This document shows, one piece after another, positions 37,308-45,523 of a stretch of DNA of 64,000 bases (position 1 is its first letter; each line of letters opens with the position of its first letter). A program made the position numbers and the translations under genes. Under the pieces are notes generated by a model that saw only the letters and a list, made by a program, of their open reading frames with translations, did not search any database and had not been told where the DNA came from. The DNA is taken from NCBI GenBank assembly GCA_022827785.1, contig JAJEIM010000039.1, positions 18,315-82,314 on the forward strand. The letters run 5' to 3'. The DNA is from Acidimicrobiia bacterium (GTDB lineage Bacteria > Actinomycetota > Acidimicrobiia > Spongiisociales > Spongiisociaceae).

Positions 37308-37886
37308 TCATTGCCCTCGCGAGCCGACCCGTTTCACGTAGGCGATCGAACCCAGGAGGCGGTCCTCGGGTATGTCGTAGTAGGTACGGAGAACGGACTC
37401 GGACTCGGCAGCCGGCCGGTAGCCGTTCTTCTCCAGGAAACCGCGGGCCTTGTAGTTGGCCGTGTAGGTGCCTGCCACGATCATCCTGACCGAGTCGGGC
37501 GAGATCTCCTCGGCGCGGCGGATCAGGGCGCCTGCGACCCCGCTTCGCTGGTGCTCGGGGAGGACGTAGATATGGCGAAGTAGCAGCACGTCCCCGATGG
37601 GCTCGCTACCGGTCACCCCCACCAGGCGCCGGTCCGAGAAGGCGCCCCACCACGTCATCCGCTCTGCCTCGGCATCCCAGCCGGACTCGTCCATCTCCGG
37701 ACTGTGGAGTTCCTCCGGCGGGAGGAACTCCCGGTACCAGGCAGCCGCCGTGTTGATCACGCCGACCGCCGCCCTTCGTTCCGCGGATCCCAACTCCCGG
37801 ATCGCCGGGCCGGCATCTGGGGGCGATGGCAGGTCGGGCGGGATCAACGGACCTTCCCCGGGCGGTTGACAATGCGGGACCGGCAA
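37308..37886 (-). CDS. GNAT family N-acetyltransferase
   Basis: The C-terminal half has the acetyl-CoA motif (IYVLPEHQRSGVAGALIRRAEE). The Pro-rich N-terminal ~30 aa make the true start uncertain. Confidence 0.75.
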   Translation of the reverse strand: MPVPHCQPPGEGPLIPPDLPSPPDAGPAIRELGSAERRAAVGVINTAAAWYREFLPPEELHSPEMDESGWDAEAERMTWWGAFSDRRLVGVTGSEPIGDVLLLRHIYVLPEHQRSGVAGALIRRAEEISPDSVRMIVAGTYTANYKARGFLEKNGYRPAAESESVLRTYYDIPEDRLLGSIAYVKRVGSRGQ

Positions 37887-38053
37887 GGCCGGGTCCGGCT
37901 AACGGTACACGTTGGCGACCGTCCGTATCCCTCCATCGATAGCAGGCCGGTGGTGGGTGGCTCCGCGCCGGGCAGATCGTGCGATCTTGCGGTCGATTGC
38001 CTACTATGAGAACCCGTCAGACATGGCCGAGTGGCTAGGAGGCGGAGTTCCGG

Positions 38054-39112
38054 ATGGTCAAGATCGTGCATATCGTGGGGACGGGGACGATCGGGGAGCC
38101 CTTGATCGGTCTCATGGCCGACAACCGGGAGGCCTTCGGTATCGACGAGGTGACTTTTCACAAGCGAACGCCCCTGCTTCGCGAGCGGGGCAAGGTCAAC
38201 GATCTGGTGAGCCGCGGTGCCCATCTATCGGTCGACCAGGATCGCTGGGCCGGATTCGAGGAGTTGGGTCACGCCCCCAAGCTGGAGGCCTGGGAAGCCA
38301 TCGAGCGGGCGACGGTGGTCGTCGACTGCACCCCGGCGGGCAACGAGAACAAGGAAAAGTACTACCGGCACGCCTCCGGCCCCGGCGGGTTCCTCGCCCA
38401 GGGTTCCGAGTTCGGCTTCGGCAAGATGTACGCCCGGGGCATCAACGATCAAGCTCTCGAGCGGGACGAGGACCGCTTCCTCCACATCGTGTCGTGCAAC
38501 ACCCACAACATCGCCGTGCTGCTCAAGACCCTCGGATTCGATGCGGACGGGACCAACCACATAGTCGAGGGATCCTTCCTCTGCATTCGGCGGGCCAACG
38601 ACATCAGCCAGACCGGCGGGTTCATCCCGTCGCCGGAGGTGGGTACCCATTCCAAGGGGAGATTCGGCACCCACCACGCCAAGGATGCCCATCACCTCTT
38701 CCAGACCATCGGGGAGGACCTCGACCTGTTCTCGTCGGCGATCAAGGTCAACAGCCAGTACATGCACGCATTGCATTTCGAGATCGTTCTGGACCAGGAG
38801 ATCAATACCCGGGAGGCCCTGGAGCGCCTCATGGAGAACCCGAGGGTGGCGGTCACCTACAAGCGTTCGGCCGGTGAGATCTTCTCCTTCGGGCGAGATC
38901 ACGGCTATTACGGGCGCATTCTCAGCCAGACTGTGGTTCCGGTGGAGACGCTGGCCGTGCGGGGCGGCAACCGCATCGTCGGGTTCTGCTTCACCCCGCA
39001 GGACGGCAACCCGATGCTCTCCACCGTGGCCGCAACCCTCTGGTACCTGCATCTGGACGGCTTCGACGACCGCCTCGACGTGCTGGCCCGCTACGTGTTC
39101 CAAGAGGTCTGA
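38054..39112 (+). CDS. Type II (archaeal-type) glyceraldehyde-3-phosphate dehydrogenase homologue
   Basis: Rossmann N-terminus KIVHIVGTGTIGEPL and catalytic IVSCNTHNI (archaeal GAPDH has VSCNTT). GTHHAKDAHH aligns with the archaeal SHHGPDV, and there are further matches (MHALHFEIVL; ENPRVAV). Confidence 0.65.
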   Translation: MVKIVHIVGTGTIGEPLIGLMADNREAFGIDEVTFHKRTPLLRERGKVNDLVSRGAHLSVDQDRWAGFEELGHAPKLEAWEAIERATVVVDCTPAGNENKEKYYRHASGPGGFLAQGSEFGFGKMYARGINDQALERDEDRFLHIVSCNTHNIAVLLKTLGFDADGTNHIVEGSFLCIRRANDISQTGGFIPSPEVGTHSKGRFGTHHAKDAHHLFQTIGEDLDLFSSAIKVNSQYMHALHFEIVLDQEINTREALERLMENPRVAVTYKRSAGEIFSFGRDHGYYGRILSQTVVPVETLAVRGGNRIVGFCFTPQDGNPMLSTVAATLWYLHLDGFDDRLDVLARYVFQEV

Positions 39113-39157
39113 ACTGTTGCCGGCTACCGGACCACTGGCCGCCGCCGCCGCCGACCG

Positions 39158-40696
39158 GTGAGGATGACGCGACCGCCGGTCCTCGCTGCCGGCCTGGTGC
39201 TGGCACTGACCACCATGGCCTTGTTGCCGGCGGGCGCGGCCGTATCAACGGTGCTGCCCGGGTACGTCGAGGAGAGCCGCCCGTTCGCGGATGTCTCGCC
39301 GGACGGGCGCCGTGCTGCGATGATCGAGGCCCTCGACGCGCTCGGGATATTGGAGGGGACCGAGTGCGCGACCGGACGCTTCTGTCCGGAGGAGCCCATC
39401 GAACGCTCGGTCATGGCGGTCTGGCTGGTCCGCGCGGTCGACCACCAGGACGAGCCCGACCCCGTCCCCGGCCGTTTCACGGACGTTGGCGCGGAGGATT
39501 GGTGGTCCGGTTACCCCGAGCGACTCGCCGAGTTGGGCATCAGTCAGGGATGCAGCACGAGTCCGCCGCGTTTCTGCCCTTCCGACGCAGTCACGAGGGG
39601 GGCGATGGCCAGCTTCCTCACCAGGGCGTTCGACCTGGAGCCCGCCGAGGCGGCGGGCTTCGTCGACCTGGCCGGAACGGTGCATACCCCGAACATCGAC
39701 TCGGCGGTGGCGGCAGGGTTGGTGAACGGCTGTTCCACGGATCCGCTTCGCTTCTGTCCCGACGAATCCGTCACCAGGGCCGAGATGGTCGAATTCCTGG
39801 CCAGGGCCTTCGACCTGGCGCCTCCGGCAATCTACGAAGAGGTGGCGGAGGAGCATGGGATCCTCCACCTCATATCCGGGTACACCACCCATCACGACTG
39901 CTGCGCGGCTCGGGTCACCAACCTCCAGCTCTTCTCCGATACCGTGACCGGGACGGTGGTGCAGCCGGGCGCGCGGCTGAGCCTCAATGGGCTGGTGGGC
40001 CGCCGGACCGTCGAGAAGGGATACCTGCCGGCGGACACCTGGGTGGTGGATCGGGTCTCGGATACGGTCGGCGGGGGAATCAGCCAGTACGCGGCCACCA
40101 TGTACAACGCCATTTTCTGGGGAGGGTTCGTCGGCAGCTCCTCCCGGCCCCACAGCGTGTACATCTCTCGCTACCCGCCCGGTATCGAGGGAACCCTCGA
40201 CTATCCCTCCATCGATCTGGTATTCCGTAACGACACCAAGAGCCCGGTTCTGGTGGTCAGCGACTACACGGACACCTCCCTGACGGTGAAACTGTACGGG
40301 GACAACGACGGGAGAGCGGTGATCGGGGAGTGGAAGGACGGTTGGCATACTCTGAAGGTGGTGACACCGGGCGGGCCGGGTGCCCGGACGGTCACCGGCG
40401 ACGTCTCCCGTCCCTATCGCTACGTCGACCCGCCCTCGACCCGGTACATCTCCAACCCGGACCTGGAGATCGGTGAGTCGATCGTGCTCCAGCCGGCCCG
40501 GAAAGGCTGGACCGTGCGTATCGACCGGACCGTCACCGTCAGTGGCAGGGACAGGGATCAGTCGTGGTGGGTCAGCTACAGACCGGTCCGCGCCATAATC
40601 GAGGCCCACCCCTGCGTGATCAGCGACAGTTGCCCGCCAGAGGAGGAACCTGCCGGCGAGGACGAGAACGGAGACCTGGAGCCGCAGCCGGTCTGA
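39158..40696 (+). CDS. Secreted protein with three SLH-like repeats and a VanW domain
   Basis: Signal peptide (LVLALTTMALLPAGAAV). Three ~55-aa repeats follow: F(A/T/V)D(V/L)...(C)...RFCP...(T/S)R..M..(F/W)L.RA. The C-terminal region has the VanW-type motif GGGISQYAATMYNA. Confidence 0.75.
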   Translation: MRMTRPPVLAAGLVLALTTMALLPAGAAVSTVLPGYVEESRPFADVSPDGRRAAMIEALDALGILEGTECATGRFCPEEPIERSVMAVWLVRAVDHQDEPDPVPGRFTDVGAEDWWSGYPERLAELGISQGCSTSPPRFCPSDAVTRGAMASFLTRAFDLEPAEAAGFVDLAGTVHTPNIDSAVAAGLVNGCSTDPLRFCPDESVTRAEMVEFLARAFDLAPPAIYEEVAEEHGILHLISGYTTHHDCCAARVTNLQLFSDTVTGTVVQPGARLSLNGLVGRRTVEKGYLPADTWVVDRVSDTVGGGISQYAATMYNAIFWGGFVGSSSRPHSVYISRYPPGIEGTLDYPSIDLVFRNDTKSPVLVVSDYTDTSLTVKLYGDNDGRAVIGEWKDGWHTLKVVTPGGPGARTVTGDVSRPYRYVDPPSTRYISNPDLEIGESIVLQPARKGWTVRIDRTVTVSGRDRDQSWWVSYRPVRAIIEAHPCVISDSCPPEEEPAGEDENGDLEPQPV

Positions 40697-40737
40697 GCCT
40701 CGCAGGGCGCTTTGACCACCCTCCTAGACTCTCCGCA

Positions 40738-42105
40738 GTGAGGTCGAGCACCAGTCCCAGCATCCACATAACCACCCTTGGCTGCTCCAAGAACCAGGTC
40801 GATTCCGACAAGGTGTCGGCCATGCTGCACCAGGCCGGCTACCGTTCCGCCGGATCTCCCGAGGAGGCGGATGTGGTGATGGTCAACACCTGCGCCTTCA
40901 TCGAGGCTGCCAGAGCCGAGTCGGTCGAGACCATTCTCGATCTGGAGGACGCCCGGGCGGAGGGCGCCCGAATGGTGGTGATGGGATGCATGGCACAGCG
41001 TTTCGGAACCGATCTGGAGGAGGCGCTGACCGGAGTCGACGCGGTCGTGGGCCTGGACCGCTACGGCGAGCTGGTGGGCATGCTCGACTCGATGACCGGC
41101 TGGGCGCCGGTGCGCCTGGGTCCCCGGCGCTCACCCATGGACATCCTCGACCTGGCGCACCGACCCACCCCGGTCTTCCCCTACGCGTACGTGAAGGTGG
41201 CCGAAGGATGCGACAAGACCTGTGCCTTCTGCGCCATACCGCTGATACGAGGCAGCCAACGCTCGCGGCGTCCCACCTCCATCCGGGACGAGATCGAGCG
41301 CCTGTGCCGGGCCGGTGTCTCGGAGATCGTCCTGGTCGCCCAGGACCTGGCCGCCTACGGGCGCGACATCGGGGTGGAGACCAGGGATACCATCGTGGAC
41401 CTGCTCCGGTTCGTCTCCGATGTCGATGAGTTGGCCCGGATGCGCCTGCTCTACCTCTATCCCACCGAGATCCGGCCCGCCCTGATCGAGGAGATGGTCA
41501 CCAACCCCAAGCTGGCGCCCTACTTCGACCTCAGCCTCCAGCACGCCGCCCGCCGGCTGCTCCGGTCGATGCGCCGTCCCGGAAGCACCGCCAGCCACCT
41601 GCGCCTCATCGCCAGGATCCGGGACGCCGAGCCGGAGGCCGCGCTGAGGTCCTCGTTCGTCGTCGGCTACCCGGGCGAGACCGACGACGACGTGGACGAG
41701 CTGATCGAGTTTCTTGGCGAGGCCGAACTCGACTGGGCCGGCTTCTTCCCGTACTCGCCGGAGCCGGGCACGGCGGCCGTCGACCTGCCGGGCCGGATAG
41801 ACCCGGACGAGGTGACCGACCGGGTGCGGGAGTTGAGCCGGGTCCAGGAAGCGATCACAGCCCGGCGCAACGCCGAGCAGGTGGGGAGGCGGCTTACCGT
41901 CCTGGTCGACCAGGTGGAGGACGGGGTGCCGGTGGGACGTTCCTACCGGGAGGCACCCGACATCGACGGCATGATCTGCCTGGACGCCGGAGAGCCCGGC
42001 GAGTGGCTGGAGGTCGAGATAACGGGCAGTTACGAGACGGACCTCACCGGCGAGGTCCGTCCCCGGGCCGCTGAGGATCCGGCCGGGTCGAGGAGCCCGG
42101 AGTGA
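40738..42105 (+). CDS. rimO: Ribosomal protein S12 methylthiotransferase
   Basis: GTG at 40738 in track ORF 40564..42105. IHITTLGCSKNQVDSD (UPF0004 domain), radical-SAM CDKTCAFCAIP, and a TRAM C-terminus. Confidence 0.88.
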   Translation: MRSSTSPSIHITTLGCSKNQVDSDKVSAMLHQAGYRSAGSPEEADVVMVNTCAFIEAARAESVETILDLEDARAEGARMVVMGCMAQRFGTDLEEALTGVDAVVGLDRYGELVGMLDSMTGWAPVRLGPRRSPMDILDLAHRPTPVFPYAYVKVAEGCDKTCAFCAIPLIRGSQRSRRPTSIRDEIERLCRAGVSEIVLVAQDLAAYGRDIGVETRDTIVDLLRFVSDVDELARMRLLYLYPTEIRPALIEEMVTNPKLAPYFDLSLQHAARRLLRSMRRPGSTASHLRLIARIRDAEPEAALRSSFVVGYPGETDDDVDELIEFLGEAELDWAGFFPYSPEPGTAAVDLPGRIDPDEVTDRVRELSRVQEAITARRNAEQVGRRLTVLVDQVEDGVPVGRSYREAPDIDGMICLDAGEPGEWLEVEITGSYETDLTGEVRPRAAEDPAGSRSPE

Positions 42106-43349
42106 TCGTAGAGGTGCTGGCGGTCGGGACCGAGCTCCTGCTGGGCCAGACAGTCAACACCAACGCCGCCTACCTGGGGGAGCGTTTCGCTGAGCTGGGC
42201 CTCGATGCCCACTACCAGGTGGTGGTGGGGGACAACCACGACCGCATGGTGGACGCCATCCGGACCGCACTCTCACGGGCCGACGCCCTGATCATCACCG
42301 GCGGCCTCGGGCCCACCCAGGACGACATCACCCGGGCCGCCATCTGCGAGGCGGCCGGGCGCCGGATGCTGTTCAGCGAGGAGCAGGCCGCCCGCCTGAG
42401 ATCCTTCTGGGATCGCTTGGGCCGGCCGTTTCCGGAGAGCAACCTGTGCCAGGCCGAGTATCCGGAGGGCGCCGAACAGCTCCTCAATCCACGAGGAACT
42501 GCTCCCGGCCTGTTCCTTGACCACGACGGGGTGTTGGTCTTCGCCCTGCCGGGGGTTCCGGCCGAGTTGTACGGCATGCTCGACGACCATGTCCTGCCCC
42601 GGCTTCGCACGGCCACCGGCGCCGGAGAGGTTCTGGTGAGCCGGGTGCTGCGAACCTGGGGTCACGGCGAATCGGCGGTGGCGGATCTGCTGGATGACCT
42701 GTACCGCGCCTCTTCCAACCCTTCGGTGGCCTTCCTCGCCTCGGCCGGTGAGGTCAAGGTACGCCTGTCGGCCAAGGCGAGTTCCGAGACGGATGCGATG
42801 GCCCTCATCGAACCGCTCGAGGATGAGGTACGCCGCCGGATGGGAGAGTCCGTCTTCGCCACCGACGATGAGACCCTTGAACAGATCCTCCTCGACGAGC
42901 TGCGGGTGAGGGGATGGACCATCGGTACGGCCGAGTCGGTCACCTCCGGGATGGTGGCTGCCCGGCTGAGTCTCCTTCCGGGGGCGTCGGCGGTGTTCCG
43001 GGGCAGCGTCATCGCCTACGCCACCGACGTGAAGCGGGACATCCTCGGGGTGCCTTCGGAGACGATCGAGTCCCATGGGGTGATCGGCGCCGAGACCGCC
43101 GTGGCGATGGCGGAGGGAGCGGCCCACGTCCTCGATGTCGATGTGGCGGTGGCCACCACCGGTGTAGCGGGTCCGGACTACCTGGGTCATCCGCCGGGGA
43201 CGGTCGCCGTGGCGGTGCGTACTCCCCTCGATACCCGATCCAGGCTCCTGCGGATGCCCGGAGACCGGGAGAGGGTCAGGGCCTATTCCACGACCACGGT
43301 ACTCCAGCTGGCCCGGCTCGGCATCCTGGGTGAGTGGTGGGGGGAGTGA
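42102..43349 (+). CDS. cinA: CinA family protein (competence/damage-inducible; NMN amidohydrolase domain)
   Basis: MIVEVLAVGTELLLGQTVNTNAAYLG MoCF-like N-terminus and a PncC-type C-terminus (TIGTAESVTSGMVAARL...TGVAGPD). Confidence 0.9.
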   Translation: MIVEVLAVGTELLLGQTVNTNAAYLGERFAELGLDAHYQVVVGDNHDRMVDAIRTALSRADALIITGGLGPTQDDITRAAICEAAGRRMLFSEEQAARLRSFWDRLGRPFPESNLCQAEYPEGAEQLLNPRGTAPGLFLDHDGVLVFALPGVPAELYGMLDDHVLPRLRTATGAGEVLVSRVLRTWGHGESAVADLLDDLYRASSNPSVAFLASAGEVKVRLSAKASSETDAMALIEPLEDEVRRRMGESVFATDDETLEQILLDELRVRGWTIGTAESVTSGMVAARLSLLPGASAVFRGSVIAYATDVKRDILGVPSETIESHGVIGAETAVAMAEGAAHVLDVDVAVATTGVAGPDYLGHPPGTVAVAVRTPLDTRSRLLRMPGDRERVRAYSTTTVLQLARLGILGEWWGE

Positions 43350-43906
43350 CCGCCCCGTCCCTGAACCGCTACTTCGTGGCCCTGTCCCTCCGACCGGAGA
43401 TCCGTTTCGCCGTGAGGGACTGGCGTGACACTCTGGATCTGCCGGGCCGGCCGGTGCCGCCGGAGAAGTTCCACGTCACCTTGCGGTTCGTGGGGCCGGC
43501 CGACCGGGTCGGGCAGGAGCGGGTCATTGGGGCCCTGGACGCCGCCGATCTCGGCCCGTCCTTCCCGTACCGGATCGGAGGGCTCGGGACCTTTCCGAGG
43601 CCGCGCAAGGCGACGGTGGCGTGGGCCGGTTTGGAGGGCGACGGGGGCAGGTTGTCCGTGCTGGCCTCGGTGGCCGATGCGGCGGTGGCCTCGGCCGGGT
43701 TCGGCCACGAGGAACGTCCCTTTCGAGCCCACCTCACCCTGGCGAGGATCCGACCCCCGATGGACCTCCGTGCTGCGGTAACCGCCGCCCCTCCCGCCAG
43801 AGTTCGCGCCCGCGCCACCGAGGTGGTGTTCCACCGGAGTCGCACCGCGGGTTCCCGCACCACCTACCACCCGTTGGAGAGGTTCTCGCTGGCCCGAGCG
43901 GGGTAG
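43334..43906 (+). CDS. thpR: RNA 2',3'-cyclic phosphodiesterase (2H phosphoesterase, LigT/ThpR)
   Basis: Two HxT motifs (FHVTLRF and AHLTLAR) at the expected spacing. 190 aa. Confidence 0.85.
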   Translation: MVGGVTAPSLNRYFVALSLRPEIRFAVRDWRDTLDLPGRPVPPEKFHVTLRFVGPADRVGQERVIGALDAADLGPSFPYRIGGLGTFPRPRKATVAWAGLEGDGGRLSVLASVADAAVASAGFGHEERPFRAHLTLARIRPPMDLRAAVTAAPPARVRARATEVVFHRSRTAGSRTTYHPLERFSLARAG

Positions 43907-44020
43907 GGGGGTGCTGAAAAGGTGGGGATGGGTTGGCCCGCGATGCCTCTACCTGGGATTTCGTCGGTGACTGGCAAGCCGGGTGGAAATGCTGGTGTTA
44001 CTCCGAGCCGCCGTGTAAGG

Positions 44021-44041
44021 TATAATGCGAACATTTGTTCG
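44021..44041 (+). promoter_or_regulatory. Distal recA-region promoter: consensus -10 TATAAT immediately followed by a LexA SOS box
   Basis: TATAAT at 44021-44026. CGAACATTTGTTCG at 44028-44041 is a perfect GAAC-N4-GTTC palindrome (Gram-positive/mycobacterial LexA box, TCGAAC-N4-GTTCGA type). Confidence 0.75.
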
Positions 44042-44230
44042 TGACATCCACAAGTGCTGTGATCTGTCTCTGTGGAATGGCGGTGTGGGGTTACTACCTC
44101 TGGTTATTTCACAGACAGGCCACTAACCTTGGCTGTGGATAACACGACTGTAGTTCGGCAGGTGTAATTGGTGTATATCGAGTCGAATTTCGAGGTCTGC
44201 CCGGCCGGGCGAGGAGGAATCGGCAGTTTC

Positions 44231-44252
44231 TGTCACACCCCCTCCTTACCTT
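44231..44252 (+). promoter_or_regulatory. Proximal recA promoter of RecA-NDp type (LexA-independent DNA-damage promoter motif)
   Basis: cTGTCAcac-N8-TAcctT matches the mycobacterial tTGTCRgtg-8nt-TAnnnT consensus. Its -10 ends 58 nt before the recA ATG. Confidence 0.6.
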
Positions 44253-44310
44253 TGGTCGCGTAACAGACCCGGCACGAATCCGTCGGCTCGATGACACAAA
44301 GGAGTTACCG

Positions 44311-45348
44311 ATGAAGAACAAGGAACGGACGCAGGCTCTGGACACGGCCATGACGCAGATAGAGCGGCAGTTCGGCAAGGGATCCATCATGAGGCTCGGT
44401 TCGACCGCCGCCCAGAAGATCGCCCATATTTCCACCGGGGCGCTGTCCCTCGACCTGGCCCTCGGGATCGGGGGAGTGCCCAGGGGGCGCATAGTCGAGG
44501 TGTACGGTCCCGAATCGAGCGGGAAGACCACCCTCGCTCTTCATATCGTGGCCGAGGCCCAGCGCAACGGAGGGCTGGCCGCCTTCGTGGACGCCGAACA
44601 TGCCCTTGACCCCATCTATGCGAAGGCGGTCGGGGTGGACATCGACGAACTCCTGATCTCCCAGCCCGACACGGGCGAGCAGGCCCTGGAGATAGCCGAC
44701 ACGCTGATCCGCTCCGGAGCTCTCGATGTGCTGGTGGTCGACTCCGTGGCCGCGCTGGTGCCCAGGGCCGAGATCGAGGGCGAGATGGGCGATACCCATG
44801 TGGGTCTCCAGGCCCGGCTGATGTCCCAGGCCCTGCGCAAGCTGACGGCCAACGTCAACCGGTCGATGACCACCGCCATTTTCATCAACCAGCTCCGCGA
44901 GAAGATCGGAGTGATGTTCGGTTCCCCGGAGGTCACACCCGGTGGCCGGGCTCTGAAGTTCTATTCGAGCGTGCGCTTGGATATCCGTCGCATCGAAGCG
45001 ATCAAGGACGGTAGGGAACAGATCGGCAACCGGGCGCGGGTGAAGGTGGTCAAGAACAAGCTGGCGCCTCCTTTCCGCATGGCCGAGTTCGACATCATGT
45101 TCGGGCAGGGCATCTCCCGCGAGGGCAGTCTCCTGGACGTGGCGGTGGACGTCGGTATCGTCAGGAAGAGCGGCGCCTGGTATACGTTCGAGGGCGACCA
45201 ACTGGGGCAAGGCCGCGAGAAGGCGAAGAGATTCTTGCGCGAGAATCCCGACCTGGCGATGTTGCTCGAGGCGAAGGTCCTGGCGGCGGTCGGGATCACA
45301 GATCCTGAGGAAGCCGGGTCGGAGGCTGTAGAAGTCGGGTCCGAATAG
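44311..45348 (+). CDS. recA: Recombinase A
   Basis: AAAGGAG Shine-Dalgarno precedes the start. [22 protein letters not shown] and Walker [18 protein letters not shown]. 345 aa with no intein. Confidence 0.97.
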   Translation: MKNKERTQALDTAMTQIERQFGKGSIMRLGSTAAQKIAHISTGALSLDLALGIGGVPRGRIVEVYGPESSGKTTLALHIVAEAQRNGGLAAFVDAEHALDPIYAKAVGVDIDELLISQPDTGEQALEIADTLIRSGALDVLVVDSVAALVPRAEIEGEMGDTHVGLQARLMSQALRKLTANVNRSMTTAIFINQLREKIGVMFGSPEVTPGGRALKFYSSVRLDIRRIEAIKDGREQIGNRARVKVVKNKLAPPFRMAEFDIMFGQGISREGSLLDVAVDVGIVRKSGAWYTFEGDQLGQGREKAKRFLRENPDLAMLLEAKVLAAVGITDPEEAGSEAVEVGSE

Positions 45349-45523
45349 CGACGGGAGGGCATCGGACAGGCCCGGGCCGGCGGATCAGGCTCACTCGACC
45401 GAGCGAGTCCGTTCTGTCGGCGGCCGCCTCCTGGTTAGCCTTTCCGAATCAGAGAGGGCTCACATCGCGGAACCATCGTGAGTCCGCTCCGCGTAACTCC
45501 GAGCACCCGGGAAGGGGCTGGCC

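Noticed and set aside
43943-44044. 33-codon ORF (MPLPGISSVTGKPGGNAGVTPSRRVRYNANICS) spanning the TATAAT/LexA box.
   Set aside because: It overlaps the promoter elements themselves, has no Shine-Dalgarno, and has no distinctive composition. It is likely a chance ORF.
44046-44142. DnaA-box-like 9-mers upstream of recA: TGTGGATAA (44134-44142, a perfect TTATCCACA on the minus strand), ATCCACA (44046-44052) and TGTGGAAT (44071-44078).
   Set aside because: There is no dnaA/dnaN context, no AT-rich unwinding element, and only one perfect box. The perfect box also coincides with the stop region of the small hydrophobic ORF. The region is not an origin; DnaA regulation of recA is possible but unsupported.
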